Source of the DNA: Moniliella sp. 'wahieum'
Taxonomy: Eukaryota
DNA: 64,000 nucleotides
Direction of reading: 5' to 3'
Assembly (NCBI GenBank): GCA_003971905.1
Contig: RSEE01000025.1
Span: 1-64,000, forward strand
Made by a program: the position numbers and the translations under genes. The first letter of the stretch is position 1. Each line of letters begins with the position of its first letter. Below, piece after piece: positions 26,507-39,301 of this stretch. The notes below the pieces were generated by a model. The model made no database searches and was not told where the DNA came from. It saw nothing but the letters and a program-made list of their open reading frames with translations.

Positions 26507-27450
26507 ATGTCGCTCTCTCGCTCCGCCCCCGCCTCGCATCTGCCGGCCTCGGTGCCGCACGCCTCGCCTCGGCCCCCGCCGTGCGCGCCATCGCCACCTC
26601 CGCCCGGCCCAGCTCGCGACCGCCGCGGACGAGAAGCCGCCCAAGTGGAAGGAGTTCAAGATCTACCGCTGGGTACGCCCCTCTCCTCTCCTCTGCCTTG
26701 TCCCGCCGCACTTGCTGACCACGCCCGCCATCCCCTCCGTTTTCAGAACCCCGATGAGCCGTCCAAGAAGCCCTACCTCCAGACGTACAAGATCGACCTC
26801 AACAAGTGCGGTCCCATGGTTCTCGATGCCTTGATCAAGGTCAAGAACGAGATGGACCCTACCCTCACCTTCCGCCGCTCGTGCCGTGAGGGTATTTGCG
26901 GCAGCTGCGCCATGAACATTGACGGCCGCAACACGCTTGCCTGCCTGTGCCGGATCGAGAAGGACTCGGACACGAAGATTTACCCGCTGCCGCACATGTA
27001 CGTGGTCAAGGACTTGGTCCCCGACCTGACCCACTTTTACAAGCAGTACCGCTCCATTGAGCCCTACTTGAAGAATGACCACCCGCCTGCCCAGGGCGAG
27101 TTTCTGCAATCGCCCGAGGAGCGCCGCAGGCTGGACGGGCTGTACGAGTGCATCCTGTGTGCGTGCTGCAGTACGTCGTGCATGTCGTACTGGTGGAACC
27201 AGGACGAGTACCTGGGCCCGGCGTGCTGATGCAGTCCTACCGTTGGATGGCCGACTCGCGGGACGAGTATGGGGATGAGCGCCGGGCGCGGTTTGAAAAC
27301 TCGTTGAGCCTGTACCGTTGCCACACGATCTTTAACTGCACGCGTACCTGCCCCAAGGGTCTCAACCCCGGCCGCGCCATTGCCCAGATCAAGAAGGACT
27401 TGGCTGTCGGTGCGCCGGCTGCCAAGGACCGTCCTATCATGCACGAGTAA
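26507..27450 (+). CDS. SDH2: Succinate dehydrogenase iron-sulfur subunit (SdhB/Ip)
   Basis: Mitochondrial presequence; KEFKIYRW | [79 protein letters not shown]. Intron 26673-26746. Confidence 0.97.
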
Positions 27451-28109
27451 GCCGGCTGGCGTGTCCACTGCGCTGCGCACGGCACATGTTTGTTGCCCCT
27501 GTGCCCATGTTTCTTTGTTCCCCATCTCGCATACGTTGCTTTCCGTCGCTGTGCTGCGCGCTCGGGTCGGTACGGGCAGGCGTTCTGAGAGGGCAGCCCA
27601 TAAAATCCACCTGGTTCAAACATGCGTGTCCTTACATATCTGACCGACCTGGTGGTAAACCATAGAACGCTACCGGTAGGATGGGTTACCAGTCTAGCAC
27701 ATCATGCCGATGCTTTGAGGAAGACTGCCGGTGCGTGGCGCAGTGGGATGCAGGTACAGTTCATCCTCGTATGGAGGATGGTCCAGGCCCCAGGGTTCAA
27801 GCTTCAAGGTATGGATGGATGGGGCACTCAGGTCGGCGGGGTAGTGCTGGCAGACGCCAGGATACGCTGTTTGATTTCTGTCAGTCGATATCGTGTCGTG
27901 TTGCCATTGCCCGAGCCAGCGCGGGCCCAGATCTACCTACTGACGGTGGATTGTCCTACCAAACTAGGGGGCATGTATCTTTCCGACTATAACCAACCAC
28001 TTACCCGAGATGGAAGCACGAAAAAAAATGGAGAGAAACCGGTTCAAACCAACAGCAGACATGGGGGGCACATAAGCACAACAAAGAAACAACCGATCCC
28101 CGAATTCGA

Positions 28110-31100
28110 TCACAACGCGTCCAAAGCCGGGATCCACTCGCCCTCGCCGCTGCCGAGGGCACGAACGAGGGCCAAGGTGGCCGGGTCGGAGATCTCCACG
28201 GCCGAGGTGGAGGTCTGCGTCGCCGATGCACTGTCCTGCGTCTCGCCTTCTTTCGGCTCGGCGCTCAGCGCATCCGCCGCCTTCATCAACGCATAATCCA
28301 GCAACGGCACATGCGTCCGTCGTAGGCCCTCGGCCAAGCCGGCAATCACCGCCGACACGAGTGAGCGCACGTCGCCTTCTGCCACGCCAAAGGAGAACAT
28401 TTTGCGTCGGCCCGAACCACTAAACTCGCCCACGCCAATCAACTGGTTCGCCGTTTGCTCCAGCAGCGGAACGCCATCTTCCACCGTTGCACCAGCACAT
28501 TGCCCGATTCCACACGGCCAAAGATACCTTCGGTGAAGCTGACGGCGGCGCGGAGTGCCGCAGAACAGAGCAACAGTTGCGGTACAATATCGATCGCGCC
28601 CGCTTCCGAGATAGCGACAACGAGCGTCAAAATGCGCATCAGCATTGCCCGACGGTGCACTTCCACATGCGCCCCGAACGCACGCAGGTCGCGTCCCCCT
28701 GGGCGACCTTGGTATCGATCCGCTTCGTCAGCCCAGCCGTCGAGTCGGCAGCGATAAACGAGGCGAGAGAAGGAGAGCGAGAGAGCATGAGGCGTTCCTG
28801 CGCCTGCTGCGTCTCCAGCTCGGCGACCATGGCCAAGGTACGCACCGACGCACGTACGGGAGCAGAAGGGTAGGTGAGCAAGTCGCGGAACGTGCCAAGG
28901 TGCTGGATAAACTGCGAATACTGGTCCTGGATCGCTTGGCGGTACTCTTCCGACTTGACCCAGATGGCGTTGGTGAGCGCCTCGCTGGGACTGGTCGCTT
29001 GCTCCGTCGCGACAATGTCACGTAGATCGTCCTCCCCCTTCTGCAGCTGGCCGCGCACGGCCAAACGGAAGGACAGGGTGCGGAAGCCGAGCTGACGAAG
29101 CCGCGCTTCCACACGGAACGCATCCGTCATCTCATGTTCCGGCACGTACAGCTGAATGGCATGAGCTACCAGGTACGGTTCCGATGCTTGTTCGATATGC
29201 AGCGGGTCGAGGTGCAAAAAGTCTTGCACGTCGACCGAGGTCACTTGCGCGCCCAGCGCCGCGTCGCTGGTGGCCAAGGACCAGTACGGTTGCTGCACGC
29301 CGGCGCAGAGAACTTGTCCGAGCCCAGCTGCGACGAAATCCACAAGGACGTCGAAAGTAAATCCTGGCCCAACCCCAGCGCCTTATGCTCCCCGTTTTCG
29401 GGCGTCGGCAGGGGCGCAATGCGCTCCAAGGCCAACGGGTGGTAACAGAACAACAGCTCCAGCGCCTGGGCCGCCACGTCGTTCTGGTGCAGGTTCGGGT
29501 TGGCCAGCACTTCTTCGCCTTGGTGCGAATCAGCGTCTTGAGCTGCATCTGAAGATGCGACATGCGCGGAGCAAAGGTGGCGGGACCTGTCTTGGAACGC
29601 GAGTAGTGCGGGTGACCCTGGGCTTTGGTTACCAGCAGGTTTTTCGCCGTCACGAGGTTGGTGAGGCCAATGTAGTACAGCGTTGCCAGCAGCAACGTCG
29701 CGGCGGGGGATCCGTCCCCCGTAAGCGACATGCGCAGCTGGTCGATCGACATGAGGTGCGGGTAAAACAACAAGAACGGGCGGAGACTGGAATTCGAAGG
29801 GTCAGTGAACGTTCACGTTGATATAGCATGAACAGGGACACGTACTTCTCCTGCAACACGTCTGACATCTCCACATCAATCAGTTGCAACAATTCCGTCG
29901 CTGCGGTAAGGGAAGGGATAGGCGGGGGCTTAGTTTTGAGGTTGAGCCCAAACGACGGTTTCTTCCAGCAGGCCAGCGAGAGAAGGGAGAACGGATTGCC
30001 GTATGTGGCGGAGGACCGCTTGAGCAGGTCCTGGTCCATATCGCTCAGGTTGACGTCGTTGGCAAACGACGCGTCGGTCGAGAGGTTGAGCAAGCCGCCA
30101 TTTGTGCTGGTCGAGGCAGCGTCGCCAGCCAACAGCTCGGATCCATCAAAGATGTGCTGCGGCATGGTTGCGTCAAACGCAAAGCTGTTGTCGTCCTGCG
30201 ACCCAGGGGGCGGGATCGTCGGCTCGGCGCCACCAGGGCCCTCTTGCGAACTGACGGCCAACATGGCCAAAAGCCGCATGCTTGCCGCCTCGGAGGCCAA
30301 GTCATTGTCTTCGGGACGGCCAGCAGACACGGAATTGGACCGCTGGTGCCGGCCATCGGCCGCGGCGGCGGCAGCTGCATACTGCAGTTGCGGCAGCAAG
30401 TTTTGGTTTTGGCGCGTAGGTGAGCTCGACGAATGGGAGGCATCGAGAGGGGGCTGGAAACCGTGGGTGAGACCGACGGAGGTGGGTGCCTTGTCCGACT
30501 TGCGTCCGGTGGATTGGCGTTGGCGCGCGTTGGTACGCAAGACGCACACCAAATTAAGCTTGACGCAGCGCTGGCACCGGTCGTTGCCAATCAATGGCTC
30601 CTCGGTAGGGTGCGTACCGGCCGGCAAAATGCACCGGCTCTTTTTCTTTCGGCAAGCCTCGCACGACACGCGCGCGTACTGCTGCCGCTTGCTCCGGGTC
30701 GTGCGCGCCTTGGCCAAGTGACTAGCATGCGGGTGCTGTGCGAGACCTTGGGCGCCAAGGTGAAAATGAGCCAGGCCAGCAGCCGCTTGGTACTGCTGCG
30801 TGCCAGGAACCGCACTGGCCGCGGCAGCATAGGCCGCGTGCAAATTCGGGTCCACCGCTGGCGGCGGGGGTGTCCGTGGTACTTACCGTGGGATTCTGGG
30901 CTTGAGACACATCGGCCAAGGGAGCAGGGGTCAGCCCTTGTCCCTCGGGATGCGGTGCCGCGATGTCCTCCGATACTGCGCCCGTCGTGACAGGGGCAGC
31001 TGTCGTACTCACCGCCTCGGGGGCAGGTCGGGCGGGGGAGGCGTATCAGCATGCATGTTGACCAGTTCTTCTTCGTCCAAGCGCGCACGCTTGTTGGCGC

Positions 31101-31577
31101 CGTCGTCGGGGCTAGGGCTACGCGGACGAACGATGGCTTGGCCTGAATGCGGGTCGGAGGGCGCAGCGCCAGACTCGGGCGCCGGGGCCGGAGCTGGGGC
31201 CGGAGGCGGCGGCGGCGGCGGCGCGGCCGATGGGTCGATGGCGGTCGAAGGCGAGGGCAACTGCGGCGTCGACGCGTCGGGGACCGACGCGCCGGGAACT
31301 TGAGGCACGGCGGCATACCGAGGCGGCGCCCGTGGAGTTGGAGTCGTGGACGACGTCCGTGGGAGGCGGGGGGGTGGCGGAGGCGCCCGATTCGGGGGCG
31401 CGTCGGGAGCGGGGTCCGACGCGTGTTGAGGCGCGGAGGCGGCCGGGTCAGTGGGAGGCGATGGGCATGGGCATGGTCGGGGCCGACAGAGGCGTCGGTG
31501 CTGGCTTGGCCGGCAGCGGCTAGGGCACGCGCAATGGCGTACGCCTGGGCAGCAACGGCGTCGTCCATGTCGCTCAT
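28110..31577 (-). CDS. Zn(II)2Cys6 transcription factor; frameshifted, 5' exon structure uncertain
   Basis: RVSCEACRKKKSRC...RCQRCVKLNLVC cluster at about 30545-30680. Introns 29787-29845 and about 30896-31012. Probable start MSDMDDAVAAQ at 31577; stop after ...EWIPALDAL. Confidence 0.75.
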
Positions 31578-32611
31578 GGTGGTGAAGGAGGGCAAGACGC
31601 GTCGAGAGGCAGAGCGCTGGCGGCTGGCGCGGGGTCGACAGGTGGAATAAGGCGGAGGCGGAGAGCGGACGAGGTGGAATGAAGGAGGGAGGAATTTGCG
31701 TCTGCCCGCTCCCGCCCTCGCCTGCCGCGCCCCGCTGCCTGCACACTGCCCCCGTGCGGCGCCTGCCGCCCAACGCAGCCAGTCCTGCCGCAGCAGCGGC
31801 CGCGCCCACTGCCCCCGCGCCGCCGCTCCCTTCGTTCCGCCGCGCACGCCGTCCCCGCCCGGCGCCAGTGTGGCCGCACCCCCCCGGGCGCACGCTGCCC
31901 CCGTGCCTCCATCGGTCACGTAAGCGTCGAATGCAGGGGGCCACGTGGGGGGCAGGTGGCCCAGGGTCCCTCCGGCCTCCCGAGCGCGAGACGAGACGCG
32001 TGGGGATGTTTTGGCCAGCACATGACGGCACCCCTCCAGCGTCACGTGCATGGCTGAGCGGCAGGATGCGACAGTCAGCACGCCGATCGGGATTACGTAT
32101 CGCGCGGCCGCCGAAGCGCCGGGAGGCTGGGCGTTGCAGGCGAGCGCCCGCTGAGGCTGAGGCGCCAGCTGATGGCTGATGCGCGCGGCGGGCGAGCGTC
32201 GATGGGGGATGCGCGCTGCAGAGGCGGCCTGCTGGCACGCGCGGCAGCCGCTTTGATTAGCCGCGCTTACGCTACGCAATGCGAGTATTGGTTGGACGAC
32301 GTCCACTTGAACGTTCATGACCGTAGCCCACAGGACCCTAGCCAGGCTAGTCAGGCCGGTCTCTGCTCAGCCGCTCACCTGTCGGATAACCTCTGGCCTC
32401 AGTACGTCAGTGCCTCCTCCCACGCCGGCTGAACATTGCACGTTGAACGTTCAATTGGCCGCTGGGCCTCGGCGCCTCAGCGCTGACGCCCACCTGCGTC
32501 GCACCCGCCGCCTGCCCAGCCCAACCCACATCGGCCACAGGGGTTGCCGCGATCGCCTTTCGTCCACCACCCCTGCCGCCCTCCGCTTGCTCGCCCCTCC
32601 ACCTGCCTGCC

Positions 32612-33725
32612 ATGGCTTCCCGCAAGAAAGTGCTTCTCAAGGTGCGTCCTCCTGCCCCTCCCGTCTGTGCCTTCGCATGCCCTGTGCCCAACTAACCGTG
32701 GCTCTGTGTCTAGGTCATTGTGTGTAGCATCATGTCCCTCGCCCCATTTGCCAGCCCATCTGCCGGCGCCGTTCGCTGCCGTACTAACCCTTGCCTCCTT
32801 CCTCCCTCCCTTGTTTCTGCGCCGTAGATCCTTGGTGACTCGGGGTACGTCGTCCTTCCTCTGTCCTGCTGGCCCATGTGACTGTGGCCCAGGCAGCGGT
32901 GCTGACCTGTGTGCTGTGTGGATCCAGCGTGGGCAAGACGTCGCTTATGAACCGATGTACGTTCCCCTCCTCATCCGCACGCATGCCGCTGATAGGCACT
33001 ACTACGCGTTGACGCTCGAGCGCTGACCCTCTTCCCGTCGACCAGATGTCAACAACCGATTCTCCTCCGCGTACAAGGCAACCATCGGCGCCGACTTTTT
33101 GACCCGCGAGGTTCAAGTGGACGACCGGACGGTCACGATGCAGGTGTGTAGGGTGTACCTGCGCAACAGGGAGGAATGCGTGTGCTGACTCCTCTTTCTG
33201 CAGCTGTGGGACACGGCCGGGCAGGAACGCTTCCAGTCGCTTGGCGTTGCCTTTTACCGAGGCGCCGACTGCTGCGTACTGGTGTACGACGTGAACAATG
33301 CCAAGTCCTTTGAGACGCTCGACAGTTGGCGCGATGAGTTCCTCATCCAGGCCAGTCCGCACGACGTGGATAACTTCCCGTTTGTCGTGCTTGGCAACAA
33401 GATTGACTGTGAAGAATCCAAGCGCACCGTGTCGCAGAAGCGAGCGACGTCTTGGTGTCAGTCCAAGGGCAACATCCCCTACTTTGAGACGTCGGCCAAG
33501 GAGGCGATCAATATTGACGAGGCCTTCCAAACCATTGCCAAGAACGCGCTGCAACAGGAGGCCGAGACGGAGCTGTACGTGGTGTGGCACTTGCTACTTG
33601 TTTTTGTCTGTTGGGGCGAGTGAGACTGACCCGGGCCCTGGTTTTTGTTTTGCCAGCTACGCCGACTACCCCGACCCGATTCGCATCGACAGCGACAGCA
33701 CACCCAGTCTGGCTGCAACTGTTAA
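32612..33725 (+). CDS. YPT7: Rab7/Ypt7 GTPase, 7 exons
   Basis: Exons 32612-32641 ([10 protein letters not shown]), 32714-32719 (VI), 32828-32844 (ILGDSG), 32928-32956 (VGKTSLMNR), 33046-33143 ([13 protein letters not shown]), 33204-33574 ([33 protein letters not shown]) and 33657-33725, ending GCNC* (CXC prenylation; one frameshift). Confidence 0.96.
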
Positions 33726-34977
33726 CTGTTAACCTGGGCCCCCGCCGCTCCCACGCCTGAGGCTTGTTCTACTTCTTGTGTACGCGCGCGTGCCAGCCTG
33801 CACCGCGCTTGAGTTTTGTGTTTTGATCTCCTCTTCCCTCTTGTTGGATGCATGGGGTCTGGGGACAGCAGGTAGCACATGGTGAGATTGCAAGGGGGGC
33901 GGAGGATGGGGGGTGCGACTGGGCGCTGCGCACCCAAGCGTATCTGCATCATCGGGGCAGCGCAAGGCAAGTGCTGAAAGAGGGCGAACGAAACCAGTGA
34001 CTCTGGTGACTTGTGGCGCGTGACGGTCAGCGGTCCAACGTTGGGTGGCAGCCGCGCATGATGCTGGATGCTCTCTGATTGCATCGATCCACGAGGCGCG
34101 ATCGTGGATGGTGAGTGGCGATTGCACCGGATGTCCATATCCACCGCTTCACACCGTCACGCGGCCGTACGTCAGCAACGACAACTCAGTACTCAACGTT
34201 AGATCTTAGACCTCGCGAATCGGTGACACGGACAAAGGCAGACAGGAAGGGTGCGTGGCGGGTAAGCTCATCGGTGAGCGATGCGATCCGAACGCGGGAC
34301 GGGCGGTGTGCATGTGCCTGGTGGCCCCCAGTGGGGCAGCGAGCAGCCAGGAGCGCGCGCACCGGTAGGGTTGGTGAGAGGACTGGGTGGATGCTCGGCG
34401 CTCGGCGCTCGGCCAGCCGGGGCTGGGCTGCGTGTGGATGCGTGTATGCTACGCGCTAATGCCACGTGTCACGCGCATCACTCGATCACTTCTCCTGGCA
34501 CGCCTCAGGCCTCAGGCATCATGCATCATGCATCGCAACGCACTGGCTAGCCACCGGCAACTGGCTAGCGATGCATGATGCATGATGCGTACCACACCGA
34601 TGAGATGGATGGCACAAATCACTAGCCACTGACCGCTGACTCTGCTCTCTCCCGTGCCTATCCACTATCGGCTAGCCGCTACACCCACCCGCCTCGTCCC
34701 CGCCGCTTAACCCTTGCCTCCTGGCGCACAGCATCGCCCCCGCCCTTGCTATCATCATCGCCACCGCCATCATCATCGCCACCGCCATCGCCCTCCCTCC
34801 CGCCTTGTCCCCGTGACCCAGTCCTTCGGTCTGAGCACCGTCCCCGCCGCCCCACCTTCACCTTCCTTCTCCCTCCTGCCTCGCTGCCGCCAAACCACCC
34901 AAGCCCTGCATTCTCACCGCTGCCCCACTCCTGCACCCCCCCCCCCCCCCCTCGTCCGAATCGCCAGCCTCTTCCAA

Positions 34978-36672
34978 ATGAGCACCCCCACCGTCCACAC
35001 GCCGGCCCCACCCCAGACCGCATCGCCCGCCTCTCCCACCATGGGCATCTCGGTTGCAACCTCGGTAGCCACCCCCCCACCTCCTCTCCCGGAGCAACAG
35101 CCAGCACATCTCCTGGCCAGCCAGCTGCCCACTTCCCGCCGAACGGGACTATGCCATGCGCGACCTGCGCGTCCAAACTGCGTTCCGGGCCGTCCAAGCG
35201 AGCAACCATATTGACGCGGCCTTGCTTCTGGATGCCGGCGCGATGGCTAGCCAGCACCACCTCAGTGCCTACAGTCAGCTCAAATGGGGCCCGCTCGGCG
35301 CCCCCTGGGCCTACCTCCCCGCCAGTCTCATCGACCCCACCACCACGGCCCAGGCGAATGAGTCGCAGCGCGCAGCCGACCTTGCTGCGTCAGATCGCCA
35401 ACTCCCGTAACAAGCACCCCCGTGCCGGCGCATGGCCGTGTATCCGCCTGAGGAGGGGAATGGGCAGGGTGAGGATCTGTATGAGCCCACGTTGGCGGAG
35501 GCTCACAAGTCAGCCATAGCCAAGGGCAAGTGGGCTGTCCCGCCCGCTCCAGCAGGACCAAGCATGCCCGACGCAGCTACTGTTGCTGCTCTCCAGGGCT
35601 TGGCCGTCAAGACGTCCGAGACCCACCCGGTGAGGTAGGTTGCTTTTTCCTGCCCCGAGCCGCGAGCCGAGACTGACATTGACCCGATTGTAGTATGAGC
35701 ACCATTGTTCCCCCGAGCTTCTCCCAGCCGTATCCAGTGCCATCTTTCCGCGTCTGCCTGCGGCAGTCAAACAAGCTCTCGCCGCCCCGGCGCCTTGGTC
35801 CCTCCCGGGCCCATGTGGGATCAATACCGAGGCTCACAGCAACTTGCAGCGACAAGGCCAACGCCTCGTCCGCCTTCCCCCTACCCTGGACCTGGCCAGT
35901 TTGACGGGCCTCGGAGCTGTCGGCACAGCTGCGCCCCACCCCCCGGTGGGACCCCAAATGGCAACCTACTCTTATCCTCTTGTCCTGGCAAAAAGGTGCG
36001 CTTGACCGGCCCGGTCGGCGGGCGGGGAACGATCTGTCGGGACATTGATCGCGACGTGGGGCGGATCGCTAGTGCTGGGGTGGGCGCATTGGTATGTTGT
36101 CTGGACGATGTGGAGCTGGCCTTTTTGGGTGTGAGCTGGGCTAGTTACGAAGCTGCGGCAGAAGCGCATGGCTTGGACCTCATTCGTCTCCCGCTCGCGG
36201 AAGGCTACGCGCCCCCGGACCTAGCGGCCTTTGACCGTGCCCTGACAATGATCGTGATGGACTACACGTTGCGCGGTGTGCCGGTGCTGGCACATTGTCG
36301 TGGTGGGGTGGGTCGGGCGGGCTTGTTTGCAGCGGCCTGGATGCTCAAGATGGGGTTGGTGCCGCCGCAGCCTGCGTTAGCAGAGGGGGCCCCTGTGGTT
36401 CGTTCCATGCTGCTGCCAGGAGTATAGGCACGGTGAGCGCCTCTTGTCTCCCCTCCGCCCAGGCACATGCCCAGGCCGCGTCGCAAGGGGAGCCCCCGCT
36501 TTCCGGCCACATGGCCACCGCCTACCAAGCCATCCAGGCCATCCGCAAACGCCGCTCTTCCAAGGCGATCGAGACGGCAGAACAGGTCCGTTTTCTTACG
36601 CTGTACTGCGCCTACCTCGACGACCAGGCGCAGGCGGTTCCGTCTGCACCGGCTGTTTCTGCCCCCCTTTGA
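34978..36672 (+). CDS. CX5R protein phosphatase (CDKN3/dual-specificity-like); frameshifted
   Basis: KTSETHP; GNLLLSSCPGKKVRL..CRD; VCCLDDVEL; catalytic VLAHCRGGVGRAGL; IRKRRSSKAIETAEQV. Intron 35635-35693. Confidence 0.8.
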
Positions 36673-37624
36673 CGGGCGGGCGTTGCGTTTGCTATCTATC
36701 CCCGTCCGACTAGGCCGTCTCGCCGCCCTCTCCGCCACGCACCCTTTGCACCCCCACTGCTGTCTCCATGCCCCCTCCCTACAAGTAATCTTTGTCGTTT
36801 CCTGGTTGGCCCTCTTACTCCCTCGTTGGGCTTGCTGCATTGACCACCTTGGACCCCATGACCTACCATCGAGTTTTGTCGTAATGGTAACCTGCATCCT
36901 ACCCATCGTGTCCTATTGGCCTCATTCTAGCTTCTCGTTCTTGGTCTCCCATAATGCGCGCGATTCAGTGGCCTGGATGGACTAGGTGGCTGCCATTGCG
37001 CCGCCAAAAAACAAAGACCACAGTCCGACCCCCCCCCCTTCCCCTTTTCGTTCTGCCGTCTTGCGTATTGTTAGGATGTACATGTATGCTCTCGGGCAGA
37101 GAACAGCCTGGCACGCAGCGAAGAGCTCAACCCCGACCCAGCCGTACTGGCATAGAATGCAGCATATGTACTCCCCACCAGGAGGTTGTCAATGCTCTAC
37201 CGTTCTTCGTTGGGGTTGTAGCCACTCTGCCTCTGCCTCCTCGCCGCAATGCTCCCTTGTCGCTGTACTCAGTTGCCCGATCGGCATCGTCCGAGATGTA
37301 CGTCGGGCGAGACGGGAGATCGGATGGAGGGTGAGAGCCAGGTCGAGCGCCCCATCGTCGTTCGCGGTTCCCATGCATCCTGCTGGTCGAGTGGGAGTGG
37401 AGAGGAAGGATGTGTGATCACTGCCGTCACTTCTCTATGTGCATGCCAACCGCCCGTAGTTGACGCTCTCTCATCTGAGGGAGACCCGTAGGGAGACCTC
37501 TCAGGCTGTTGATGGCCTCAACGGTGGCCCGACACACGCGTTGCGGGCCTGGTAACTGGTATCCGGGAAAACTTCAGCCTTGAAGCTTTTCTGCCTGACT
37601 CTACTTTCCTCTTGCGTCCTAGTA

Positions 37625-38870
37625 CTAACATCGACCCCCGGACCGCCACCCCGCTCTTGTTGCCGCTCTCATTCCCTTGAGTCCCGTTTTCTGTGCCCGT
37701 TTGGACAGCACGGATATGGGCAAGAATGTCCTCACGCACGATGACCAACTGAGCTGGGCCGACAAGCTGCTCACTATGCAAGACAACATAGGTCCCGCCC
37801 TTCTCGATTTCATGCGTTGCGCATAGCGTGCCCAATCACAGATTTTTCCATCTCATCCGCGGGGTCGAGTCAGCCATCAACATTTGCTGGGCACTGAGTT
37901 GGACAATCTCCTCCAGGTCAACAACAAAGATTCCCGAGGCAATGTGGGGTGATGGTCGCAGCCACGATCCAACGGATTTGACGTCAGGCAGGTTCCCTCC
38001 TATATCCCAACTCCCAACGGAGACGTAAACTTGCTTTTGGCTGGAGAACTTGGCCATGGGTTCAGATAGTTTGGTCTCGGTTGGGGCATAGATAATGTCT
38101 AGGATCTGGACTGAGTACTGAGGCCTGGTTCGGCATCTGCCCCAACAAGAGGTCAGACATGCTTCGTCGGTCCTTATCTTGGAACGTCGTCATGTACGTC
38201 CTCGAAACTGATTTGACTGTATTGTCCAGCAGACCACCGAGCATCTTCCTTCCACTTTTAGTGAACGAGGTATTGAGGACACCCATCCCTGTAGAAATAA
38301 GAGAGTGTGTGTCCCTCTTTGGACCCCAAAGACGCCTCAACGCCGTCCACAACGGGTGACTAGGGAAATTCATGGAGATGAACACATTCCTGGTCTCGGC
38401 AGCACGTGTGAGGAAGAGTTGTAGTGAAAGTTGAGAGAAGTATTCCTGAACCACGTGGGTGCGGTCGAGGCCATCGAGACAGTTGGTGCGTACCACGCCT
38501 TTTGTTGGTGCACGCGGTTGTGGCCATCGCCGTCTAGGGTTGAAAAGGCAGACTGTTGGGGTTTTCTCATCACAATTGCATTGCGCCCCACTTCTTTGCG
38601 CATATCTGCTCAATCCCGCCCAGCTGGCGCGAGAGTGGATGAAAGTCGAACTAAGTAAGCTCTGGGCGTGCAAATAGGTGGGCATGTGCTAGCTCTACCC
38701 CCTCCCGCTTGGCTTGACTCGGCTGCCAAGATAGCAGCCTCCTCGATCTCCTCCTTGGTTGTCGCCTTCACGTGCTCAAGATAGGACGTCGAGAGCTCTT
38801 GTTCCATCCACGCTGACCCAGGAGGTTAAATCCATGCACCAATCCATACCGCATCTCGAGCGTTGCGCAG
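37625..38870 (-). pseudogene. Decayed internal fragment of a synaptojanin-like (Sac1 + inositol 5-phosphatase) gene
   Basis: Sac1-type GVVRTNCLDGLDRTHVVQ; DNTVKSVSRTYMTTFQDKDR; 5-phosphatase start VSVGSWDIGG..EEIVQLSAQQ..LHSEQLVG..GNKSGVAVR. Contains in-frame stops (e.g. WKNL*LG) and has no recognisable N- or C-terminal part. Confidence 0.75.
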
Positions 38871-39301
38871 TGCCGCTTAAAGATCCGCGTAGACGGCTCA
38901 AAAGGACGAGTAATTTGTATCCTTGTATTGAGTGGGGGGATGCCCGACTGTTCCCAGAATACAGGTAGGAGCCGTGTAGCTGGACATGAGTACAGGTGAT
39001 AGGTGCCTCCAGCAAGAGTGCAGCGGCATCGCCGGCGTCGAGGGGTTGGTGTTTCTGCGTTAGGTGGCGCAGCTGCGCACGGGCGCTCGCCCGACTCATT
39101 CCGCCCGACTGGACGGCGCCTATTCCGCGCGCCGGAGGCGGACAGTCAGCAGTCAGCGCTCGGCTCACCGTTCGCCTGAACCTGAACGTTCAGTTTTTGT
39201 GCCTGGTCTTGGCTCCGTTGACGTTTGTCTCCGCTGGGCTGGGCAGGTTGGGCCATCCATCACCGCACCAAGTCACTCCCGAAGCTCCTACCACCATCAC
39301 C

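Noticed and set aside
30858..30895. Possible 9-nt microexon plus 29-nt intron (GTAAGT donor) in the Zn2Cys6 gene
   Set aside because: The intron would be implausibly short with no branch site; one missing C in a homopolymer explains the frame more simply.
30591..32318. Long Pro/Arg/Ala-rich ORFs (also 630-1757, 52223-53338, 53003-53965)
   Set aside because: Shadow ORFs of very GC-rich DNA overlapping real genes or promoters; no recognisable domains.
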